DNA of 32,000 nt, taken from assembly GCA_963698035.1 (NCBI GenBank), contig OY969114.1, forward strand, positions 510,001-542,000, given 5' to 3'. The position numbers were made by a program, and so were the translations under genes. The DNA comes from Candidatus Saccharimonadota bacterium. Its GTDB lineage: Archaea; Micrarchaeota; Micrarchaeia; Micrarchaeales; Micrarchaeaceae. Of the stretch, positions 7,270 to 14,680 are shown in pieces. Positions within the stretch are counted from its first letter, which is position 1. The number at the start of each line of letters is the position of its first letter. The notes under the pieces were generated by a model. It worked only from the letters and a program-made list of their open reading frames with translations. It made no database searches and was not told the origin of the DNA.

Positions 7270-8958
7270 ATGGCAAAGTATGTTCTCGTTTCAGACTCGA
7301 CGCTCGTCTCGCACTATAGGCACTTCCCTCTTCTGACATTCCTGCCTTGCGCCCCGTCCAATCTGATACCAAGTTCTGTTTATTACTTCCTGAAAGGGTC
7401 GCAGGACGCGGCCCTTCCTAACGGCGAGGCTCAGCTCGCCTCCTATTCCATAAGGAAGCTGGAGGCCGCGCTCATAAAGGCAGGCGTAAACCCGTCCGAC
7501 ATAGCGGTGCCACATGGCGACCACCTCCAGGACTTCATCAAGGATGACACAGAGCTTATCGCGGTGTCGACCATGGACCCTCTCGGATTCGGCCCGCTTA
7601 CAATGTCCTTCAATGTGCTCTTCGGATCGAATCACAAGCCATGGGTAAAGGCCGAGTGGGAGAGGCTCATGGCGAAGATAAATGCGCTGAGGCAGGGCAA
7701 GAAGGCCAAGCTCGTCGTAGGAGGCGCGGGGGTCTGGGAGTTCACCATAGAGCCCGAGGCACTTGCAAGGTACAGTATAGATTACGCTGTGCAGGGCGAA
7801 TGCGATGACATAGCCAGGGAGGTTTTCGAAGGGCTCGCCTCGGGGAACATCAACAAGGATCTCTTCTATCAAGGTTACATGACCTATGATGCGCAATTCC
7901 ACAGGAGCTACACAGAGAACGGTCAGTTCCTGTCGAGAAAGCCGGGCCTTGCGAAGGGCGCGCCCATGCTCGACGACCTTCCTGCGATAAGGAGGCCTGC
8001 CATGATGGGCCTCGTTGAGACGATGAGGGGGTGCGGCATAGGATGTGATTTTTGCGAGGTCACGCTCAGGCCTATCAGGTACTACCCGCCGGAAAGGATC
8101 GCTGAGGAGGCGAAGGTCAACCTGCAGGGCGGCGCGACGAACATATGGCTGCAGTCAGACGAGATATTCGCATACAAGCACATCAACGCAAAGTTCGAGC
8201 CGAACCAGGACGCTCTTGTAGAGATGTTCAGCTACCTCATGGCGCTGCCTGGGGTCAAGGTCATGAACCCAACTCACGGCAGGATCTCCATACCTGCTGC
8301 CTATCCGGAACTGATAGAGAAACTCTCGAAGATAGTCAGGGCATCGCCCACCAACTGGGTCGGCGTCCAGGTGGGCGTCGAAACAGGCAGCGACAGGCTT
8401 GCCCACAAGCACATGCCGAACAAGACCCTGCCATTGAAGGTAGGGGTCGACGGCACATGGAAGGAGATAGTCGCAAAAGGGACCAGCAATTTCAACAAGC
8501 AGTATTGGAGGCCCGCATTCACAGTCCAGGTGGGCCAGATGGTAGAGACTCCCGAAGACAATTGGGACACTGTCGCGCTGATAAACTCCATGTCGAACTT
8601 AAATGTTGAGGGCACCAGCAGGCCTCTAGAGTTCACCATAACCCCGATGCAGAACGTCCCGCTCGGCCTGATAAAGAGCAGGGCGTTCTCCAGCATAACG
8701 CTCGACGAGGCGCAGATGGCGGTCTACTACGCAAGCTACAGGCACCTCGCTAAGATGTCGAGGAGGAATGCGATGCGCGACAGCAAGGGCAACGCGCTTG
8801 TAAAGGGGGGTACGGCAAGCATAATCTACGCCGGAGGCTGGGGTATGATGAAGCTCGTGGAGAGAATCGCAAAGAAGCACAAGCTCGACCTGGAGAAGGT
8901 GAAGAGGTGGGGCCTCGATGCGCCAAAGAACAAGCAGACAGTGGTAATGACCAACTGA
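7270..8958 (+). CDS. Radical SAM protein with N-terminal B12-binding-like/Rossmann-like domain (COG1032-like)
   Basis: The CX3CX2C cluster motif is in MRGCGIGCDFCEV. A GVETGSDR motif follows downstream. ATG at 7270 (MAKYVLVSDS) is preferred over the track start at 7219. Confidence 0.75.
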   Translation: MAKYVLVSDSTLVSHYRHFPLLTFLPCAPSNLIPSSVYYFLKGSQDAALPNGEAQLASYSIRKLEAALIKAGVNPSDIAVPHGDHLQDFIKDDTELIAVSTMDPLGFGPLTMSFNVLFGSNHKPWVKAEWERLMAKINALRQGKKAKLVVGGAGVWEFTIEPEALARYSIDYAVQGECDDIAREVFEGLASGNINKDLFYQGYMTYDAQFHRSYTENGQFLSRKPGLAKGAPMLDDLPAIRRPAMMGLVETMRGCGIGCDFCEVTLRPIRYYPPERIAEEAKVNLQGGATNIWLQSDEIFAYKHINAKFEPNQDALVEMFSYLMALPGVKVMNPTHGRISIPAAYPELIEKLSKIVRASPTNWVGVQVGVETGSDRLAHKHMPNKTLPLKVGVDGTWKEIVAKGTSNFNKQYWRPAFTVQVGQMVETPEDNWDTVALINSMSNLNVEGTSRPLEFTITPMQNVPLGLIKSRAFSSITLDEAQMAVYYASYRHLAKMSRRNAMRDSKGNALVKGGTASIIYAGGWGMMKLVERIAKKHKLDLEKVKRWGLDAPKNKQTVVMTN

Positions 8959-9002
8959 TTATTCTAAAGCCTTTAATAGCTTTTAATTCGCTATCTACCG
9001 CA

Positions 9003-9077
9003 GGGTCTGTAACTCAGTTTGGCTAGAGTGGCAGGCTTTTAACCTGTAAGTCGGGGGTTCAAATCCCCCCAGACCCG
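9003..9077 (+). tRNA. tRNA-Lys (anticodon UUU), no intron, CCA not encoded
   Basis: Manual cloverleaf: acceptor GGGTCTG/CAGACCC, D stem ACTC/GAGT, anticodon stem GCAGG/CCTGT with loop CTTTTAA, T arm GGGGG-TTCAAAT-CCCCC, discriminator G. Confidence 0.85.
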
Positions 9078-9171
9078 TTAAAGCTAAAGCCGTAACATCG
9101 CCATGATATAGCCGCTTAGTTAGGCTTTATATTTGTAGATGCACAATTAGGGTGGGGAAGCAGGTCTTATC

Positions 9172-10308
9172 ATGATTCACATAATAGACGCGGTTCTGGG
9201 TGACATCTCGCCAACCGACACGCAACTCACTCTTATAGACGACCCGCACATGCAACGCCTGCACCGCATAAAGCAGCTCGACTTTACATATCTAGTGTAC
9301 CCTGGAGCTAACCACACCAGGTTCGAGCACTCGCTTGGCACAATGGCGATAACTAGAGAGATAGTACTGAATGCAACCGGCTCAAACAACGAAGAGCTCG
9401 AGTGCGCAGGCCTTCTCCACGACATAGGCCACGCTGCGTTCTCACACGCAAGCGATAAAGCGCTTGCAAAATACCTCAAGACAAACCACGAAAAGATAGG
9501 AGAGAAGATAATATCATCGTCATCTGTGAGGGACCGGATTAATGACTCTACACTCTCTTACAAAAAAGTAATAGGTTACTTCAAAGGCGCGAGGGAGGGC
9601 GCATTTGTCACCGGCGCCCTGGGCTCTGACAGGCTGGACTACCTGTCAAGAGATTCCCATTACACCGGAGTGGGGTACGGTGTAGTAGATTACGTGAACC
9701 TCAAGAACAAGATAACGATATTCAAGGGAAAGCCGGCAATATACGAGTCGGCTACAAGTAACGCCGAATACATGCTCCTGGCCAGGTACTTCATGTTCTC
9801 ATCCGTGTACCACCACCATGCAAGGGCCATCGCCTCGGGTATGTACGAAAACGCGCTCTTCGCGGCGATAGACTCAGGCAGTGTCAATCCAGAAGAGCTC
9901 TTTAGCTTGGATGACAACACAATGCTCTCCAGGCTCAATGGCGTCAAGGAATCGAGGATTCTGATTGAGAGGCTCATGGCGAGGAAGCTCTATAAGAGGG
10001 CGTTCTACGATTTGGCGGATGAGGGTGTAGATTCCGAGGAGCTCTCCGAGAGACTGGAGAGGGCGGGGTTCGACAGGAGGGACTTTGTCTGCCAGCTGAT
10101 ACGCTTTAAGGGGGGCGATGACGATATTGTAATAGTGGACGGAGAGGGGCACAGGAAGGGCAGCATAACCGAGGCATCTTCGCTCGTAGGCGCCCTGGCG
10201 AAGGTGCTGAAGGAGAAGAGGCGCCTTATAGTCGCCTGCGATTCCAGAAATGTGCCGAAGATTAGGAAGATCGCACTCTCCTTTGTCGGAGAACCACCTG
10301 CCCGCTGA
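9172..10308 (+). CDS. HD-domain phosphohydrolase (COG1078-type, dNTPase-like)
   Basis: Motifs RFEHSLGT, GLLHDIGHAAFSH and DRLDYLSRDSHYTGV. A TATA-like CTTTATATTT lies at about 9123-9132. Confidence 0.8.
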   Translation: MIHIIDAVLGDISPTDTQLTLIDDPHMQRLHRIKQLDFTYLVYPGANHTRFEHSLGTMAITREIVLNATGSNNEELECAGLLHDIGHAAFSHASDKALAKYLKTNHEKIGEKIISSSSVRDRINDSTLSYKKVIGYFKGAREGAFVTGALGSDRLDYLSRDSHYTGVGYGVVDYVNLKNKITIFKGKPAIYESATSNAEYMLLARYFMFSSVYHHHARAIASGMYENALFAAIDSGSVNPEELFSLDDNTMLSRLNGVKESRILIERLMARKLYKRAFYDLADEGVDSEELSERLERAGFDRRDFVCQLIRFKGGDDDIVIVDGEGHRKGSITEASSLVGALAKVLKEKRRLIVACDSRNVPKIRKIALSFVGEPPAR

Positions 10309-10378
10309 CGAATAGATAACTATTTAAGCTTTAAATCCAGACCCCATAACATCTGAACCGCTTTTTGGAATCACAAGC

Positions 10379-10386
10379 TCTAAATA
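10379..10386 (+). promoter_or_regulatory. TATA-like box upstream of tRNA-Ser
   Basis: TCTAAATA is centred about 29 nt upstream of the tRNA 5' end at 10412. Confidence 0.35.
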
Positions 10387-10411
10387 GCATTCTGGTTCAA
10401 TATAGTAAGAT

Positions 10412-10524
10412 GCCAAGGTGGCGGAAACCGGTAACGCGTGCGCCTGGAAAACCTTCCAGGAAGCGCATGGCCTTCGGGCCTTCTGGGTTCAAATGCTGCA
10501 AAGCTGAATATCCCAGCCTTGGCG
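10412..10524 (+). tRNA. tRNA-Ser (anticodon GGA) with two introns: 12 nt at 37/38 (10450-10461) and 17 nt at 59/60 (10494-10510)
   Basis: Acceptor GCCAAGG/CCTTGGC plus G. D arm GCG-GAAACCGGTAA-CGC. Anticodon stem TGCGC/GCGCA with loop CTGGAA|A after intron removal. Class II variable arm GGCC-TTCG-GGCC. T stem CTGGG/CCCAG. Both insertions fold into 3-nt bulge / 4-bp helix / 3-nt bulge geometry, and the predicted cuts restore a 7-nt anticodon loop and a TTCAAAT T-loop. Mature length is 84 nt. Confidence 0.8.
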
Positions 10525-10539
10525 TCTTGATTTGATTTG

Positions 10540-11190
10540 ATGGCAGACGAAAAGGCAGAAGAGTCGAAGGCGGCGCCGGAGGCGAAGGAGCCGAAGCAGC
10601 AAGCGCAAGGCCAGGCTCCGCCATCGCAGCCCAGGGCGCAGAAGAAGGAGGCGAGGCCCCAGCAACAGCAGAAGGCAACCTCCATAATAAGGATTGGAGG
10701 AAAGGACATAGACGGCGACCTGAACATAGAGAGAGCGCTTGCCGAGATAAAGGGAATAGGGAGCAACCTCTCGCATTCGATATCATTCGTCGTAGAGACG
10801 AAGCTCGGCATACCCAAGAGCACCGCTCTCGGATTGCTATCAGAGGAGCAGATAGAGTCTATAGAGGCGGTGATAAAGGAGCCGTCAAAGTACGGCATAC
10901 CGAGTTACATGCTAAACCACAGAAAGGACATGGAGACCGGCAAGGATGTCCATATAATAGGGAACGACCTCACCTTTGCGATAAGGCAGGATGTCAACAG
11001 GAGCGTTATCATGAGGGCTTGGAAGGGCTACAGGCACCAGCATAGCCAGAAGGTGCGCGGCCAGAGGACAAAGTCGACCGGCAGGACCGGCGCGACGATA
11101 GGTGTCATGAAGAAGGCAGCAAAGCAGCAGATGGCTGCAGCGCAGCAGGAGAGGGGCAAGGAGGCAGCTCCGGCGGCTGCAAAAAAGTGA
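10540..11190 (+). CDS. rps13: 30S ribosomal protein uS13 with K/E/Q/A/P-rich N-terminal extension
   Basis: The core IIRIGGKDIDGDLNIERALAEIKGIG...WKGYRHQHSQKVRGQRTKSTGRTG is typical uS13. ATG 10540 is preferred over TTG 10537. Confidence 0.9.
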   Translation: MADEKAEESKAAPEAKEPKQQAQGQAPPSQPRAQKKEARPQQQQKATSIIRIGGKDIDGDLNIERALAEIKGIGSNLSHSISFVVETKLGIPKSTALGLLSEEQIESIEAVIKEPSKYGIPSYMLNHRKDMETGKDVHIIGNDLTFAIRQDVNRSVIMRAWKGYRHQHSQKVRGQRTKSTGRTGATIGVMKKAAKQQMAAAQQERGKEAAPAAAKK

Positions 11191-11194
11191 TTTA

Positions 11195-11755
11195 ATGGGA
11201 GCTCCAAAAAGGAACCGAAGGAAGTACGAGAAGCCCAAGGAGATATGGAGCACCGAGAGGATCGGAGCCGACAACGCCCTCAAAGATGAGTACGGCCTCA
11301 AGAACATGAAAGAGCTGTGGATCGTCCAGACAAGGGTCAGCAGGGCTAGGAGGAATGCAAGGGAATTTCTCTCGGGAGGCTCTTCAGGCGCTCCCTCCGA
11401 GGAGCAGGCGATGATAACCAGGTTTGCGAAGTATGGGATAACACAGAGCAACGCCACGCTCGACGACCTCCTCGACCTGAACTCAAAGTCGTTCCTTGAG
11501 AGGAGGCTCCAGTCGGTAGTGATGAGAAAAGGGATGGCGAAGAGCATGAAGCAGGCCCGCCAGATAGTAGTTCACGGTTTCATATCGATAAACGGCAAGA
11601 GGGTGAACAGGCCCAGCTACCTTGTAAGCCTTGACGAGGAGAAGGGCATAGGCTACTACAAGCCGATACAGATAATGCAGGTGCAGGCATCGCAGGCCGC
11701 AGCAGCGCCGCAGGAGACAGCTGCGCCCGCAGCGGAAGGCGCACCAAGCGAATGA
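11195..11755 (+). CDS. rps4: 30S ribosomal protein uS4
   Basis: N-terminus GAPKRNRRKYEKPKEIW and an S4 RNA-binding domain (RRLQSVVMRKGMAKSMKQARQIVVHGFISINGKRV). Confidence 0.9.
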   Translation: MGAPKRNRRKYEKPKEIWSTERIGADNALKDEYGLKNMKELWIVQTRVSRARRNAREFLSGGSSGAPSEEQAMITRFAKYGITQSNATLDDLLDLNSKSFLERRLQSVVMRKGMAKSMKQARQIVVHGFISINGKRVNRPSYLVSLDEEKGIGYYKPIQIMQVQASQAAAAPQETAAPAAEGAPSE

Positions 11756-11764
11756 TGATTATTT

Positions 11765-12259
11765 ATGGCGAAGAAAGCTGAGGTAAAGAAGCAGGCTCCA
11801 ACGGCAGAGCAGAAGAAGGAGAAGGACATCTCCTATGAAGCCAAGGCAATGGAGGAGCCAAAGGTAAAGCCGCGCGCTGAGCGTATAGGGGTCGTCCATG
11901 TCTTCTCATCGAAGAACGACACCATAATAACATTGACGGACATGAGCGGCGCGGAGACCGTGGCTGTAGGTAGCGGCGGCATGGTCGTGAGCGCGGACTC
12001 TCAGGAGGGATCGCCGTACGCCGCAATGCAGGCCGCGTATAAGGTGGCTGCGGCCGCGAAAGAGAAGGGCGTAACCAACATAATAATAAAGATAAGGGCG
12101 CCGGGAGGCCACAACTCCAAGACGCCCGGTCCCGGAGCGCAGGCGGTAGTCAGGGTGCTTGCGAGAAGCGGCATGGTGGTGAGCAGGATAGAGGATGTAA
12201 CCCCGATACCGACAGATACCACAAAGAGGCCGGGAGGCAGAAGGGGAAGGAGGGTATAG
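11765..12259 (+). CDS. rps11: 30S ribosomal protein uS11
   Basis: [19 protein letters not shown]...[10 protein letters not shown]...[30 protein letters not shown]...DVTPIPTD...GGRRGRRV. Confidence 0.9.
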   Translation: MAKKAEVKKQAPTAEQKKEKDISYEAKAMEEPKVKPRAERIGVVHVFSSKNDTIITLTDMSGAETVAVGSGGMVVSADSQEGSPYAAMQAAYKVAAAAKEKGVTNIIIKIRAPGGHNSKTPGPGAQAVVRVLARSGMVVSRIEDVTPIPTDTTKRPGGRRGRRV

Positions 12260-12283
12260 TGCAGATGGCTCCGGAGAGGCTGT

Positions 12284-12772
12284 CTAACCCAAAGGCTTGA
12301 ACTTATTCTGGCTGTGCTTTGCTATCAGGCCGACGAAAATCTTTTCGTTCTGTATATAGGACTTGCTGCCCTGCTGGTGCGTGTGCACGCCCAGGTTTTC
12401 CAGCAAAAGCCCGTCGTGAGAGTCCATGTTTCTTATGTATATGCCCTTCCTGTCCATCCCACCCACACAGTCGAATAGGCCTGCAAGGTAGCTGCTGGAG
12501 TAGTCGTTCGGGTACTTGAATATCTTTGCGCGCCTCTCGAGCGCCTTGTCGAAGAGCTTCTTCAGCTTCGAGTTGTAGAAGTGAACTCCTTCCTCATCAA
12601 CCATTATCTTGTTCGGTGCGATGCCAAGTTCCTCTATTGCTATCTTTATGAACCTCTCGACAAAACTGCTGTCCTTCGTCCGGATACCTATGGGCTGCAG
12701 CTCCTTCCTGTTAGCATCGTAGATGCCCAGGACATAGCTTATATTGGGCGTGAGCTTGAGCTTTGTTGCCAT
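12284..12772 (-). CDS. LAGLIDADG-family homing-endonuclease-like protein (two motifs, catalytic acids apparently replaced)
   Basis: Motif 1 is YVLGIYDANRK and motif 2 is YLAGLFDCVGG, about 95 aa apart, the spacing of single-chain double-motif enzymes. Start M13 (MATKLKL) sits about 25 nt downstream of a TATA-like TTTATTAA. Confidence 0.7.
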   Translation of the reverse strand: MATKLKLTPNISYVLGIYDANRKELQPIGIRTKDSSFVERFIKIAIEELGIAPNKIMVDEEGVHFYNSKLKKLFDKALERRAKIFKYPNDYSSSYLAGLFDCVGGMDRKGIYIRNMDSHDGLLLENLGVHTHQQGSKSYIQNEKIFVGLIAKHSQNKFKPLG

Positions 12773-12792
12773 AAGACAGGATTGGATTCCAA

Positions 12793-12800
12793 TTAATAAA
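12793..12800 (-). promoter_or_regulatory. TATA-like box upstream of the LAGLIDADG gene (would give a leaderless mRNA)
   Basis: On the minus strand TTTATTAA is centred about 25 nt upstream of the ATG at 12772. Confidence 0.3.
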
Positions 12801-12855
12801 TACTGCACCTATCTGAGCATCTATCGTATGTTTAATGTCCAAAAGAAAATGGTGC

Positions 12856-12886
12856 AGTCTTGAGGTTTAATGGGAGGCTCCAACGC
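12856..12886 (-). other. 3' half of 16S rRNA processing stem
   Basis: AGTCTTGAGG (12856-12865) is the exact reverse complement of CCTCAAGACT (14471-14480). GAGG..CCAACGC (12874-12886) pairs with GCGTTGG..CCTC (14450-14462). Both halves lie about 38-68 nt outside the mature ends. Confidence 0.6.
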
Positions 12887-12923
12887 TTCCTTTTGTGCAC
12901 ATAATTGGAAAACAAAAGTTTTC

Positions 12924-14411
12924 CGAGGTGATCTATCCGCAGGTTCCCCTACGGATACCTTGTTATGCCTTAGCCCTCCTCACAGAACCTTAACTCGAAA
13001 GCATCCGAAAGATGCTGCCTCACTAGGGCCCCACTTGGGTGACTTGGCAGGCGGTGTGTGCAAGGAGCTGGGACATATTCACCGCTCGATAGTGACAAGC
13101 GATTACTAGGGATTCCAGCTTCATGAGGGCGAGTTTCAGCCCTCAATCCGAACTTGGGTTGGTTTTAGGGGATTGGCTTCCCCTTTCGGTGTTGCATCCC
13201 ATTGTGCCAACCTTTGTATGCCGCGTGTAGCCCTGGAGATTCAGAGCATACTGACGTACCGTTGCCCTCTCCTTCCTCCTCTTTAAACAGAGGCGGTCCC
13301 GACAGAGTGCCTGATTCATCGCTGAACCAGTGGCAACTGTCAATGAGGGTCTCGCTCGTTACCGGACTTAACCGGACAGTTCACACCACGAGCTGACGAT
13401 CGCCATGCACTACCTCTCGGCTCGTCAGGTAAGATCTTTAGTCTGGCCTTCACACTGCCGTCGCTCCAGGTAATATTTCCGACGTTGAATTCAATTAAAC
13501 CGCAGCATCCACCCCTTGTGTGCTCCCCCGCCAATTGCTTTAAGTTTCAACCTTGCGGCCGTACTCCCCAGGCGGCAGACTTAACAGTTTCCTACGGTAC
13601 TGCAAACATTCGAGATATTTGCAACACCAGAGTCTGCATAATTTACTGCTAGGGCTACTCGGGTATCTAATCCGATTCGTTCTCCTAGCCTTCGCTCCTC
13701 ACTGTCGGATGCGTTCTGGTCAGGCGCCTTCGCCACCGTTAGTCCTTATAGGATTATAGGATTTTACCCCTTCCCCATAAGTACTCCTGACCTCACCCGC
13801 TCCCTAGCCGATAGGTATCTCATGCACGCATTGATGTTGAGCACCAATATTTCACACAAGACGGTTTCGGCCAGCTACGAGCGCTTTAAGCCCAATAATC
13901 GTGGACACCACTTGTGCTGCCGGTATTACCGTGGCGGCTGCCACCGGTCTTGCCCAGCACTTATTCGCCAAGCTTGCTATACTTGGCAAAAGGTTCACCG
14001 AAGTGAACCACTCAGATTCCCCCCATCACGCTTCCGCGCATTGTGGAGTTTGCGCGCCTGCTGCACGCCGTAGCGCTAGGGCCCTTGTCTCAGTGCCCTT
14101 CTCGGGGCTCTATACTCTCATATCCCCTACGGGTTATAGGTATGGTGGGCCGTTACCCCGCCATCTGCCTGATCCGCCGCAGTCTCATCGTAAAGCGGTA
14201 ATGCTCCAATTCGTCACCTTTTGAGCTACTGACTCCTTCCAGGTGTCCATAGCCTATGGCGTATTAGCCTCAGTTTCCCGAGGGTATCCGCCTCTTTACG
14301 GTAGATTGACCACGTGTTACTGAGCCGTACGCCGCCCAACGAAGTCGTTGAGCTGACTTGCATGGCTGTCGAAATCTGATAGCAGTGTCCTCCAGCAGCA
14401 TCGACTGGAGT
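12924..14411 (-). rRNA. 16S (SSU) rRNA, archaeal, about 1.49 kb, no linked tRNA-Ala or 23S in the window
   Basis: The 3' end reads ...AAGGTATCCGTAGGGGAACCTGCGGATAGATCACCTCGG on the minus strand. The 5' end reads ACTCCAGTCGATGCTGCTGGAGGACACTGCTATCAG. Conserved blocks such as GTGGCAGCCGCCACGGTAATAC (530 loop) are present. End coordinates are accurate to a few nt. Confidence 0.9.
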
Positions 14412-14449
14412 CGATCTGTGGAATTGCCGCTTATTTCTAAAGCAATTGT

Positions 14450-14480
14450 GCGTTGGTTCCTCTTTGCATTCCTCAAGACT
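14450..14480 (-). other. 5' half of 16S rRNA processing stem
   Basis: Complementary to 12856-12886, as described for that feature. Confidence 0.6.
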
Positions 14481-14576
14481 ACATCCAATTCCAAGCAGGA
14501 ATTTTCACCAAAGATGCCCCATAATAGGTTGGGCAAACTGAAAGAAAATAAAGCAGGTATTATTATCCCGGAAACC

Positions 14577-14584
14577 TATTTATA
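14577..14584 (-). promoter_or_regulatory. Candidate 16S rRNA promoter TATA box
   Basis: On the minus strand TATAAATA lies about 165 nt upstream of the mature 5' end and upstream of the leader half of the processing stem. Confidence 0.35.
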
Positions 14585-14680
14585 CCTTGTTGTAATGGCA
14601 TGATGCAGCCTCAAAGGCGCTCAGGAGACACATCGATATCTGATCTCTATCAGTGAGGGTTCATACAAATGCATGTAATG

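Noticed and set aside
7291-8880. Antisense and alternate-frame ORFs inside the radical SAM gene, and similarly 26119-27187 inside aspS and 30597-31783 inside pyrG
   Set aside because: The overlapping genes carry clear catalytic motifs. The alternative ORFs show no motifs and have Arg/Pro-rich shadow composition.
9003-9077. tRNA-Lys as the integration target of the mobile element
   Set aside because: It lies about 3 kb from the last element gene, with host-like genes in between. No partial tRNA-Lys duplicate or matching direct repeat is visible in 5824-6085 or elsewhere in the window.
10380-10898. Minus-strand ORFs of 172, 129 and 95 aa
   Set aside because: They are antisense to tRNA-Ser and to the well-supported rps13 gene. 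Their low-complexity A/P/S/L content is typical of shadow ORFs.
12870-14603. Nine short track ORFs on both strands (e.g. 13901-14224, 14270-14536, 14358-14603)
   Set aside because: They fall within the 16S rRNA gene or its leader. The conserved rRNA sequence blocks explain the region.
14600-14645. Possible C/D-box sRNA (ATGATGC ... CTGA about 40 nt apart) in the 16S/pilin intergenic region
   Set aside because: The C box is imperfect. There are no convincing C'/D' boxes or terminal stem. The region is more simply the spacer between divergent promoters.
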